64,000 nt of DNA from Macrostomum lignano (lineage: Eukaryota). The stretch is taken from NCBI GenBank assembly GCA_002269645.1, contig NIVC01002647.1, positions 1 through 64,000 on the forward strand, read 5' to 3'. Below the pieces are notes generated by a model. The model was given only the letters and a program-made list of their open reading frames with translations, made no database searches and was not told the DNA's origin. Made by a program: the position numbers and the translations under genes. Below, piece by piece: positions 1 through 10,783 of this stretch. The first letter of the stretch is position 1; each line of letters begins with the position of its first letter.

Positions 1-559
1 TATTAGTTGAACCATAATACTATGAATAAGTAGATAGGTCATATTCGCGTCCTAAGCTAATTTCAGTTCAGTACAATGTGATTCTACTAGGTTTTTATAT
101 GCCATTTAATTCATAAAATAGCTTGCGCTTTCTTCCTTGCTACTGAACTGAAAGTAAAGTAGTGCAACTGTAACAGTAAGTAGAACTGAAAAAAACGTTC
201 TGCATTTCTTGTATTCAATGTTTCTTATGTCTTTTGCCTTGTTAAACAACTATAAATACCCCATGCTGCTCAAAGTAGTACATTTCTGTTGCTTATGTAA
301 TTGCCTTAACCTACTCTAGCCATACTTTGATAATTCGAATTTGCAAATACAATTGTGCGTTAATTGACTGTTAGAGTGGGTCATAGTTTTGCTTTTTAAT
401 CTGTACTTAGTAACTAATTGTTTTAGTAGGCCACAACCTATAATTCTTTCGGTTATTGTTGCGTTAGAAACACGCGTTTCATCGAGTCAGCAGTGTCATG
501 GAGTATTGTTGCGTCCGAATTCAGAAGGCGGGTCATTGTAATTGAGTAGGCTATGTGTC

Positions 560-998
560 AGAGACATTGAGTGTGTCATAGAGTTACTGCGATTGTCAGA
601 GTCATTCGGTGAGTCATTGTCATTGAATGTGTCATAGAGTAATTAGGTTTGTCATAGAGTCATTGGGTGTATCATTGAGTTATAGGGTAGGTCATTGAGT
701 GTGTCATAGGGTCATTGGGTATGTCATAGGGTTATTGAATATGTCATCGGGTTATTGGGTATGTCATTGAGTCATTGAGTATGTCATAGAGTCATTGTGT
801 ATGTCATAGGGTCATTGGGTATGTCATAGTCATTGTGTATGTCATAGGGTCATTGCGTATGTCATAGAGTCATTGTGTATGTCATAGGGTCATTGGGTAT
901 GTCATATAGTCATTTTGTATGTCATAGGGTCATAGGGTCATTGTGTATGTCATAGGGTCATTGGGTATGTCATAGAGTCATTGTGTATGTCATAGAGT
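560..998. repeat. ~20-bp minisatellite (GTCATTGGGTATGTCATAGG-like), about 20 degenerate copies
   Basis: Repeated gtcattg(g/t)gtatgtcatag(a/g) units read directly. Confidence 0.9.
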
Positions 999-1065
999 CA
1001 AGCAGTCAGCAGGTGAGTGATAGGTTACCTTGTTATTAATGGAATGAATTCGCTTGTCCCCGCAG

Positions 1066-1747
1066 CCGAAGCCGCCCTCCAAAGCGCCATTTTAATGCTA
1101 ACGATAGAGGGCCCCAGCAATGCGGAAGCCGCCGCAGTCGGCAGACGCTTGCAGCAGATGGCTCTGACTACGTCGGCTAAAACTTCGGCAGCAGCGGTCA
1201 ACACCGGGACAGCTTCCAACACTGCCGACCTCCTTGACCGAATGTTGTGCACGCCGCAGCCGCTGCAGCCGCCACCGCCTCCTCGGCCACCTCCGCCGCC
1301 CATGCTCGGCGCTCATCAGCATCAGCAACCTCAGCAGCCTCAGCAGCTCCACCAGCAGCAGAATCGATGGTTGACCTCCACCATCGCGCACGCGACTGTC
1401 GGGCCAGCCGACCGCGGCGTCAGCACCCCGGAGGCCGTGTCCAACTCCTCTAGCGGCGTGTCGCTCAGCCTGCCGCCAGCAGCGGCATCCGTATGCAAGC
1501 AGCAGCAGCAGCAGACATCTCTAGAGCGGGAGTGGTCCAGGCGTATCTCCGCCGGCCTCTGTCCGCACTGCGACGCCCCGGCTGCCACTGACGAGCAGCG
1601 CCACTTCCACGAGCGCGTGCACGCCATGGACGAGCTGTACCGCTGCCAGCTGTGCGCCTGCCGATTTGCCTATCCCTGCTCTCTAAGGATGCACAACAAC
1701 TTACACGCCAATCGTAGCCTGTTCCTGCAGCAGCAGCAGCAGCATCG

Positions 1748-1780
<33 letters not shown>

Positions 1781-1912
1781 CTATCCAGAGCAGCAGGACC
1801 TCGTGCCGCAACAGATTGCATCTTACCAGCAGCAGCAGCAACAGCAGTACGCTGCCGCTGGAGGTAAAATGACTCTTCCAGCCTCTCATCAGCAGCAGCA
1901 ACAACAGCAGTC
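1066..1912 (+). CDS. Exon of a C2H2 zinc-finger protein with polyQ/polyP tracts; reading frame runs into the downstream LINE
   Basis: Two C2H2 fingers (CPHC...HERVH; CQLC...HNNLH); acceptor-like cttgtccccgcag ending 1065; possible donor G|gtaaaa at 1864. Confidence 0.7.
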
Positions 1913-1964
1913 GCTAATGTGGGACCGAACGGTAAAGCGGACCGATACCCCGATCGGGCCGGTT

Positions 1965-2075
1965 GAGGGTTCGGTGCAGGAGGGCCATCAACCTCCTGTG
2001 GCATGCGACTGCGTCCACGACGCGCCCCTGGACTCCGGAGACTGTAATTCGTCCTACCGGATGACGAAATGTCGC
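1965..2075 (+). ncRNA. Candidate HDV-like self-cleaving ribozyme in the LINE 5' region
   Basis: P2 GCGACT 2005-10 / ATGTCGC 2069-75; P3 GCG 2011-13 / CGC 2021-23; L3 TCCACGA; P1' GCCCCT 2024-29; P1.1 GG 2030-31; P4 TCCGG/CCGGA; J4/2 ACGAA. P1 5' strand imperfect. Confidence 0.6.
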
Positions 2076-2255
2076 TCTTCACGGGGATGCTGCGAAAATT
2101 CCAACCGAATCAACGACGACCCTCCGGCCGCCCCCGATGACAACGCCAACCTACATCGGGTTCTCCGTCTACGCGGAGGCGACAGTAACGTCACAGCCTC
2201 GCCCCGCCAGACCAGAAGCAGCAAAAAGCGAGGAAGGGGACACAGGTCCGGCTCA

Positions 2256-3525
2256 GAGCTCCAGGTCCTCCAGTTCAATTGCAACGGACTGCAGGCCCGC
2301 CGCACGGAGCTAGCCGCAAGACTTGCCCGTACCCAACCCGTCGCTGTCCTGCTCCAGGAGACCAAGCTCCGCCCAGGAGCGGCCATCCACCCGCCACAGG
2401 GTTACCACGTGGCGGCCCGGGAAGACGGCGAGGCCAAACATGATCCCCAGCCCGTCGCCACCGCGAATACCACCCAGGGATCTAACGATGGTATGCCTGC
2501 GGGAGAGGAGGCTCCGACCACCCGCCGCCTCACCCGTCCTAGGTGCCGCCTCCGATGGCCCCAGGACAAGACCGGCTGGTGCAACGGCTGCAGAAGTGGC
2601 CGCTCAGCCTGCTCCAACCGCAACCTCGTGGCCTGCCCCATCTGACGACCCTCTGGTCCACACTCCCCCGGACCCGCCGGAAGCGCGGAGAGCGCCGGAG
2701 AGCGGGCCGGCCGACAAGAAAGCAGGCCAGTGGCACTGTTCGGACTGCAGCAAGGTCATCCGCAGGAACAGCTACAGCGTCCAGTGCACCAGCTGCAGCG
2801 GGTGGCTCCACCTCAAATGCAGCGGCCTCGCTACCGTCAAGCAATATTCAGTGCCATTCGAAGGCCCGTGCTGTAGGCACGCGAACCAGCCCCCAGCTCT
2901 GCGCCGGAACGCTCAAGCCCCCCGACCCGCCGAGGGAGCCAACCGGCCCGACCCGCCGCCCCTTCCTCAACCTGAGGGCGACGCCGAACCTGCCCGAACG
3001 GCCGAAAGCCAAAAAACTGCAAAAACAAACAGCGCCCGACGGGGAGGGGAGGAGTGCTGATACTGGTTCGCGATGACGTCCCCTTTAAGAATCCTGAAGT
3101 CAGCAGGGGCGGCCTGCTCGACTACGCGGCGGTGACCATCTGCCCGGCCGCTGTTGGCCAGATACAATTGGTGGCGGTCTACGCTCCGCCCAATAGCAAC
3201 CAGCGCGCGGAGGACAACTGGCTCCCAGCCTGGTCAGACATACCGGTCGCGCCCCGCACGGTGATTGCCGGCGATTTCAATGGCCATGGACACTGGACAG
3301 CCATCAACCTGAGGACGAGAGAGGAGACAGCATCGAGGGGTGGGCTAGCGACCGGGGCCTCCATCTTGGCAACCGCGAGGATGCCCACACGCGGACCAAC
3401 CCGGCGACAGGCGGCCTGAGCTGCCCGGATATCACTTGGTGTTCCGGCGATCTTGCCGCCCACGTCAGGACGTCGTGGAGCACCTCCGAGGACCTCGGAA
3501 GCGACCACCTGCCTATCACCTTCAA
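2256..3525 (+). pseudogene. LINE apurinic endonuclease domain split by a ~200-codon insertion that contains a PHD finger
   Basis: N-half (QFNCNG...QETKL...GYHVAARED) ends ~2430; WHCSDC..QCTSC..WLHLKC..GPCC at 2731-2875; C-half resumes with GGVLILV at ~3048; several 1-nt frameshifts. Confidence 0.8.
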
Positions 3526-4249
3526 CCTCTCCAGAGACAAGCAGGCCAAACGTCTCCAACGTCAGGCCCAGTGGAGCTACGCGAAAGCGGACTGGACGTC
3601 CTACGCGGCCCGACTGGACGCGGAGGAGGAGACTTTGCAAGGCATCACCACCGCGCAGAAATCGAGCACGGACGCGGACCACCAACAGCTCTGCGACATC
3701 ATCCTCGGAGCAGCGACCGGCAGTATCCCGCGCGGCGCGCGTCGCAATACCGGCAAACCTTTTTGGACCGAAGCGTGTGCCGCCGCTTGCAACCAGTGCA
3801 GCGCCGCGCGGAAAAAGGCCGAGCAGACCAAGACGGTGGAGGACATCTCGGCGTACCACCTCGCCAGACGCCGCGCCGATGAGACTATCAAGGCCGAGAA
3901 GCTCCGCTTCTGGGACGAACGAGTCGCGGAGTTGTCCGTCAACAGCGACCTCTTCGGTCTGGCCCGGGCGATGCGGGGCGAGCCCCCGCCGCCCCCCCCC
4001 CCCAACGCGGCCCTCGTCATCCCGGCCGATGAGACCAGATGCAGCCGGCAGAGGACTGCGGTCACGGACAAGGAGAAAGCGGATGCCTTCTGCACCCTGT
4101 ACGCGGACGTGTCTCGCGTGGAGCGCAGGAGGTCGGATCGCGGGGTCAACAGGTGTGCCTACGCCGCCATCAAAGCGCGCTGCTGCGAGCCCGACCACAA
4201 GCAACAAATCTGTGGCGCCTTCTCCGCCGTGGAACTCAAGCAGGCCCTG

Positions 4250-4852
4250 AGGTCGCTGAAATCCAGGAAGAGCCCCGGCCCGGACGGAGTGTCCAACGAG
4301 ATGCTCAAGCGTCTCCCTGAACGGACCGAGCAGCGACTACTTGACCTGATCAACAAGGCCTGGCTCAGCGGACACTGCCCACACCAGTGGCGCAGGGCGA
4401 CTATCATCCCGATCCCGAAAACGCGGCAAACCGGCTGACGACCCGGGTTCGTATCGCCCGTCGCCCTCACCAGTTGCATTGCCAAGGTCGCGGAACGGCT
4501 GGCGCACCAAAGGCTGAACTTTCTGCTGGAATCCAAGGGCTCTCTCAGCAAAGTCCAAGCTGGTTTCCGCAAAGGACGCTCGTGCGAAGAGCAGATCGCC
4601 CGCATCGCCCAGCTTATCTTCGACGGGCTGGAAGGGACTCCTGCGCTTAGAGCGATCCTCTGTTTACTCGACTTCAGCAGAGCCTACGACAAGGTGTGGC
4701 GGAAGTCTCTGATCTGCAAGCTCGAGAAGCTGGGAGTCCCCGCCTGTGTCCTGCGCTGGACCAACAGCTTCCTCAGCGACAGGAGAGCGCGCGTCCGATT
4801 CGGCAATAGCCTCAGCAGAGAGCGCATCTTCCGGGAAGGCCTGCCCCAAGGG
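4250..4852 (+). pseudogene. Reverse transcriptase, N-terminal half only (no YADD motif)
   Basis: RT motifs from KSPGPDG to GLPQG spread over three frames. Confidence 0.9.
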
Positions 4853-6696
4853 CATAATTTATTTCACCCTATCTTTATCCTGTGTTTGCGTTTTACACTA
4901 TATGTGGATTGTCTGTTGAGTCTTATAAGCTTTTTGATTTCTAATTAAATTGGTCAGGTGTCTAATGCTCCAAGATTTCCTTTGTTCAAAATCTCACTTA
5001 GTTCCTGCCGCAGATACTATAATGGCTAGATTGATCTATATTAGGCATATTTAATTGGTTATAACACTTTCTCTACTTAGGTCAGTAGCAAGGAAGGATA
5101 TGTAAGCTATTTTATGATAAGAAAGGCAGTTAGGTTAGCAGAAGAAAAGCCTTTTTTGCAGCCGGATTGTACATCAGAAAGAGTCGAAGAAGGCAATAAA
5201 GATCTGGCGGAAGGCGCCAATGCCTTAAGCTTGGGCCAATAGACAACTGATGCACTTAGCTTCTAGTGAGTGACCAATCTGGCTATTTATAGCATCCGTA
5301 GTTCCTGTTGAAGTGTCTAACAAACTGGAATTCCTCGGCAGTGACATCTCCATAATCCCAAACAATCCCTAGTTTAACATCGCGCTTGATTCTTTTTTGT
5401 CGGGCTATGTTTTTTTGTGCTGCTAACTGCTTTTGCTTGTGTGTATTTTGCTTTTGCTTAGCTGTTTTTTTCAATTTATGTTTTGTTCTATTTCAGTAAA
5501 CAAGTGTCGCTAGTGCTTGCTTGTTTTGTAAATTTTTATTTAATAATTTAACTGGAACGCTTTCAAAAGTATGATGACGTTTCATTTTTCAAATATAAAA
5601 ATTTTAAATTATAACTGTAATTTGCTTTTTGTACTACTTTCATTTTCGTTCATAGGTTAAAGTGGATTCCGAGAGCCGGCAACTATGCAATGTTTGGCTT
5701 TCACGCCCCTTGTACTACTACCGCAGTAGTATAGTTGTTTTTTATCTTTCGATAGCCTTCGGCCTAGAAACTTTTGTCTCCTTGTCCTCACTTATAAGAT
5801 TTGTCTTTGTCTTTCCAGGAATCGCAACACTTCAATTTAATTCAAACTTTATCGATCCGATTTGTTTGCATTAATTAGCTTTTCGTTTTATTACCGGGTT
5901 CTTTTCAATTAACTGCCAATTTAAAGTTGTTTGTTTTTTTCGCTAAATAAGCTAAATTTTCTTTTGTGTGTAGTCTTACACAGTAGCGAGTCCCCCCCCC
6001 CCGTTTTCCTCAACGTTTGTTTTACTGCTTGAATTGTGTTGATTCTTTTTATTGTTAATACTGCCCAGAGAAATTCCACTTACTAATGTAAGATGTTAAA
6101 ATAAGTCATCATACTTTCTATTCATTACCGCAAAGTCAAAGTAAGCTGGGGCTTAATAAAGTGGCTTAGATTAAAGTTAGAAAATCACGTGATACAATTG
6201 TTATCAGTTAGGGGGTGGTCCATGTACACTCACTGGCGGTCGGATAAATGTACATTGGCAAGAGTTTTTTGAACCGGCTTGGGCGCCATAAAATACCTGG
6301 TATGTGTCTGGGGTTCACGCGCATTTCGCACACTTATGATTTGACGCGTGTTTACACTGCGCTATGCTAAAACTGAAATTTATATCCGACTTGAAGGCGA
6401 AATTAGGCGGGCAGCCACTCCAGTCTAAAATTTGCTATTTCAAGATATAGATACATAAATACTGGGTCCAAATTCTCAAGTCTCTCCTTGGTGCATTTGC
6501 AAATGTAGAAATTGTGAAAGCGTTTCGATACACTAGCTAGCTAGCTAGGACTGTGCGCACAGAATCAAGCAAATTCACTTTTGCAGAGCGGCGACAAGCA
6601 TGTGGAAATGTTGTTTTCGATTTAAACTATCCGAGAAAAAATGTAAAGTTGCATTGTCTGTACTGACTGAATCATAAATAATCAGTGTGACGGCCA

Positions 6697-6898
6697 GGGG
6701 AGACAGTTACGATGCCAGGGGAGGCAGCGGGGATGCCAGGGGAGGCAGTGGGGATGCCAGGGGAGGCAGTGGGGATGCCAGGGGAGGCAGCGGGGATGCC
6801 AGGGGAGTCAGTGGGGATGCCAGGGGGGGCAGCGGGGATGCCAGGGGAGGCAGTGGGGATGCCAGTGGAGGCAGTGGGGATGCCAGGGGAGTCAGTGG
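6697..6898 (+). repeat. 21-bp G-rich minisatellite (GGGGATGCCAGGGGAGGCAGT), left part of an array split by the transposon
   Basis: About 9-10 units, same orientation as the array at 10781-11990. Confidence 0.95.
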
Positions 6899-9800
6899 GC
6901 CTCCCCTGAAGAGAGAGTTTGGTCAATGAAATATACCCTAAAAAATATTGATTTCCCATGAATCTATGACCCAACAGACGTCCAAAAAAGCAATAGTTGA
7001 AATCCTATCGCATTGTCTGCATAGTGTACAGGTATGCTAATTAGTACAGTGATTTTTAGTACCAGGTAGGTACTACAAGAAGAACAAGAAGGTCTGAGAG
7101 AACATGGCAACCATCCTGCAGCAACGAAAATGCTAAAACAAGGTAGAATTTACGTTTCTGTTCATTCTCTGTCACTTATGGTTCATTAATAGTGTTTTTA
7201 TTACCTGTCCATACCTGTGTACACCTGAAAATTATGTTTTTGCACACTATATTGTGCTGAATTCACACCAGGGCGTGTATCTTCACACTTATCATTGTAC
7301 GAGCGTATTTACATGTATATGCTCGTGGCTCAAAATAAATTGAATTCAATATTCTGGCTGCAGACTTTTCTTTCTGTTTCAATAAGCTATTTGGCCCATA
7401 GACATCTCCAGATGATGAGGCAGTCAGAACTAGGAGACAAGTTAATTCCAGTATTTTCTTCAGAACAAAAAGAAATAGCAAGCAGCAGCTGATACACTTT
7501 TACTAAACTTTTACTGAAATTAAAGTTACTGTAAGTGAGACAACTAGCTATGAAAATGAAAAGGGTATATTTGAGTGAGATACTCTAGGTCGACATTTAT
7601 AAGCTGAGTGAAAGCGTACAATACACGATTGAGTGTAATATGGGGTGGGGCGATCAATAATTTGGGGGAATGTACGTATGAGCTACATAAATATGCATGT
7701 AATATATTAGACTAATTGAGCGTGCAGGTAGAAATACAAGAAAGAATAATAAAAAATACCGCGACACTGGCTGCTCCAGAACAATGCCAAACAACAAGCG
7801 CTCACATGAAGAAAATCGAAGATGTGTGTGCATCTTGTGCTTTTGGAAGGGAGACCGACCGCTGACAGCCACTCTTGAAGCGCTGATTGAATGCCATGTG
7901 CTGCCAGGCTTCGCTGACCATCGTGGATTTCTGCCTTTAAGCATCTGCAACTCCTGCAGAATCAAGCTGATGTCACAAAGCAGCCGTGCACCAACACCTC
8001 TGCCGCCAAAAATGCCCTACGAGCAAGTTATTGCAGATCTGCGCTGTCTTCCGCCACTCACTCGCGAACGCCCCGATTGCAACTGCTGGGTGTGCCATGT
8101 GGGCTCCAGCAGAGCCAACAAGAATGTGGCTGTATATCACCCTTTCATGCCAGATGAGTCTGCTGCTGGTATTGCGACGCCACTTGGTCGCCCTCCAAAT
8201 AAGGCACCTGGGCCGATGGGAGACAGTGTCGTCAAACGCTGTGAGACGTGCTCATCGCCAGTGGCACGTGGATTGAGGCACCAGTGTGGACAGGCGGCAA
8301 AACTGCGCTATCTTGATGCCCTAAGCCCCTACTCAAGGGAGCACGTAGCCTGCAGTCTTCTGCGTGAGAAGCTGGGTGTAGCCACCTCTTCTGGCTCCTT
8401 AGCAACTGCAAGCCTGACTTCTGGCACAGGTGGGCGCCCACTCCAAGTTCAAGTGGCTGGTACATCAACTACCGAGATTGCGTCGGTCCAGCATAGCACT
8501 ATGCGAGCCGTAAAGACTGCACTCAACCTCAGCACCAGTCAGACGCTACGTGCGGCTCAAGTGATCAGAGAAGCGTCCGGCAGCAAAAAGGCCGTGCAGT
8601 CTGGGCTGAAGGAGTTTCTGTTTGCTGAAGGTCAGAGTGTCGCCAAGTTTTTTACAGCTGAGCAGCGGCAGTTTTTCCGCAAACAGCCTAATGGACAAGA
8701 GTGTGTGATCGAACGGTCTGTCGTGTTCTGCCGGGATGTATACGCTTTTCTGGCGCATGTCAGTAACTCGAGAGGCACTGCTGAGATGCACCAGAGAGTG
8801 AAACTTGCGATTGATGGAGGAGGCAATTCCTTAAAGGTGTGCGTCAGCGTTACCGTGGATGACAGAGGATGCACTTCGTCTGCCCAATTTAACCGATTTA
8901 TGGACTCTGGAGTGAAAAAGATCCTCATCCTGGCCCTTGTTGAGGATGTCAAAGAATGCTACCAGAACGTTAGTGTACTAATGTCAACCATCGACATCAG
9001 CTCCATTAACTTCACGTTGGCCTGCGATTTTAAACTGGCAAACATAATCAGCGGGATCCAGAGCCATTCTTCATCGCATCCCTGCCTGTACTGTGAGGGC
9101 AGGCCTCCATGGGAAGTACCAGCACAAAGGAGGACGCTCGGCTCAATTCGACACCTGGCAAGTGAGTTTCAGGCAGCTGGTGGACACCAGTCTCTAGCCA
9201 AAAACTTTGCCAACTGCGTCCAGCCTCCACTGCTACCTGGGAGCGATTCTGCTGAACTGCTGGACGTGGTACCACCGCCAGAGCTGCACATGATGCTTGG
9301 CATTGTGAACCGATTGCTTGATGCTCTCAATGCAAGCTGGGGTGGCAACAAGGCCTACGAGTGGGCCTATGAAGCAGGCATCTGCAGGCAGCAGTATCAT
9401 GGAGGTTGCCTGGAGGGCCCAGCGTGCAAAAAGCTCCTTCTGAAGGCGAGTGAGCTGTGGAGCGTGCTGCCTCCACACCTGAAGCTCTACGCAACAGCAC
9501 TTCAAGACTTCAACGCTGTGCGCGAAGCTTGCTTTGGCCAAAGTCTGGCAGCTGATTACAGTCTCTACATTGCTCGCTTCCAGACGACATGTAGGTACCT
9601 CGAGCTTTCAGTTACGCCAAAGATGCACGCGCTTTTTGACCATGTGCCAGCGTTCTGCGGCAAGTATGGCAAGGGGCTTGGCAGCTTTAGTGAACAGGCT
9701 GTTGAATCAGCCCACAGTGACTTCGAAGCCACCTGGCAGCGCTATAAGCGCCCCCTAAATCATCCTCAGTATAGCACGTGTCTACTGCAATCCATCATAA

Positions 9801-10783
9801 ACTATAATTCATTTCACATCTGAGCCAAATATGTCATAACTTGTAACTTGCAAATTCCAATTTACTACTGCCAAGATAACTACAAGTAAACTGTTGAAAA
9901 AAGTAGTTAGTAGTTAGTACATTGGTTTTGCTGTTACATTCAATGGTTGTATTTTGACAACCCACTAAACTCGTATGTTTGTATTGGGTAAAGCAGAAAG
10001 TTGTCGCAGGTTTTAAGGCCTTCTATGAAATGAAGTGCTTGAAGTACATGTAATGGTACTGTATCACAGTAGCTGGAACTTGAATTCGGGTTTGCTCTAC
10101 ATCAGTCAATGCATGTCTTTTTTATTCTGCAGCACACAAGGCTTCCAGAAATTCTGTAGGCTTATCTTCGCAAATTGCAAGAACTTTCTGTTTTACTAAA
10201 TATTGTACTAGCTTTAACAACTATTCTAGCTATTTTACTCTAGTTATTCTACCCGTGTAGTCATTTGCCGCCAAAATAAGCTTGTAATTCCCAATGACCT
10301 CTGCTTATGCTTTCTGTTTTTGCGAAACTTTTCTCTCTTCAATAGTTACTGGCTTTGTTTTGACTCTCAGTGCCAGTCTATCGCTGCACTGCTCCAAAAA
10401 CTTTAAAAAATTGAAAACGTTACTAGGAAAACACAAGCTCCATGTGTAAATTAATCTCAGTCAGGTATGGACAGGTAATAAAAACACTATTAATGAACCA
10501 TAAGTGACAGAGAATGAACAGAAACGTAAATTCTACCTTGTTTTAGCATTTTCGTTGCTGCAGGATGGTTGCCATGTTCTCTCAGACCTTCTTGTTCTTC
10601 TTGTAGTACCTACCTGGTACTAAAAATCACTGTACTAATTAGCATACCTGTACACTATGCAGACAATGCGATAGGATTTCAACTATTGCTTTTTTGGACG
10701 TCTGTTGGGTCATAGATTCATGGGAAATCAATATTTTTTAGGGTATATTTCATTGACCAAACTCTCTCTTCAGGGGAGGCGTG
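6899..10783 (+). mobile_element. Chapaev/Transib-like DDE DNA transposon with ~318-bp TIRs
   Basis: 6899-7217 is the reverse complement of 10462-10780 with no mismatch seen by eye; encloses an intact transposase; right end reads ...GGAGGCGTG followed by GGCC, and GGCC also occurs at the left junction (alternative 4-bp TSD GTGG). Confidence 0.85.
7784..9823 (+). CDS. 679-aa RAG1-core-like (Chapaev/Transib) transposase with N-terminal Chapa-type zinc finger
   Basis: H-x7-C-x2-C...P-x3-C-x2-C N-terminus; AIDGGG (D, 8813), LACDFKL...HPCLYC (D, 9026), ELHMMLG, EGPACKKL, TPKMH..FDHVP, SEQAVESAH (E, 9704) parallel RAG1/Transib motifs; no stops or frameshifts. Confidence 0.85.
   Translation: MPNNKRSHEENRRCVCILCFWKGDRPLTATLEALIECHVLPGFADHRGFLPLSICNSCRIKLMSQSSRAPTPLPPKMPYEQVIADLRCLPPLTRERPDCNCWVCHVGSSRANKNVAVYHPFMPDESAAGIATPLGRPPNKAPGPMGDSVVKRCETCSSPVARGLRHQCGQAAKLRYLDALSPYSREHVACSLLREKLGVATSSGSLATASLTSGTGGRPLQVQVAGTSTTEIASVQHSTMRAVKTALNLSTSQTLRAAQVIREASGSKKAVQSGLKEFLFAEGQSVAKFFTAEQRQFFRKQPNGQECVIERSVVFCRDVYAFLAHVSNSRGTAEMHQRVKLAIDGGGNSLKVCVSVTVDDRGCTSSAQFNRFMDSGVKKILILALVEDVKECYQNVSVLMSTIDISSINFTLACDFKLANIISGIQSHSSSHPCLYCEGRPPWEVPAQRRTLGSIRHLASEFQAAGGHQSLAKNFANCVQPPLLPGSDSAELLDVVPPPELHMMLGIVNRLLDALNASWGGNKAYEWAYEAGICRQQYHGGCLEGPACKKLLLKASELWSVLPPHLKLYATALQDFNAVREACFGQSLAADYSLYIARFQTTCRYLELSVTPKMHALFDHVPAFCGKYGKGLGSFSEQAVESAHSDFEATWQRYKRPLNHPQYSTCLLQSIINYNSFHI

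Larger units (their letters stand above)
1916..4852 (+). mobile_element. APE-type non-LTR retrotransposon (Ingi/I-group-like), frameshifted and 3'-truncated inside RT
   Basis: APE motifs QFNCNGL, LLQETKL, GGVLILV, IAGDFNGH, GSDHLPI; RT motifs KSPGPDG, SYRP.ALTS, QAGFRKGRS, DFSRAYDKVW, GLPQG; sequence turns AT-rich right after GLPQG (4852). 5' boundary approximate; clade is inference. Confidence 0.9.

Noticed and set aside
3179-4605. Long minus-strand and alternate-frame ORFs over the LINE
   Set aside because: Shadow ORFs of GC-rich coding sequence
5283-5474. Protein-like minus-strand fragment (KRDVKLGIVWDYGDVTAEEFQFVRHF)
   Set aside because: Short, no convincing acceptor, no recognisable family
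6208-6225. TTA-GGGGGTGGTCCA as a Harbinger-like terminus
   Set aside because: No matching inverted end found in the window
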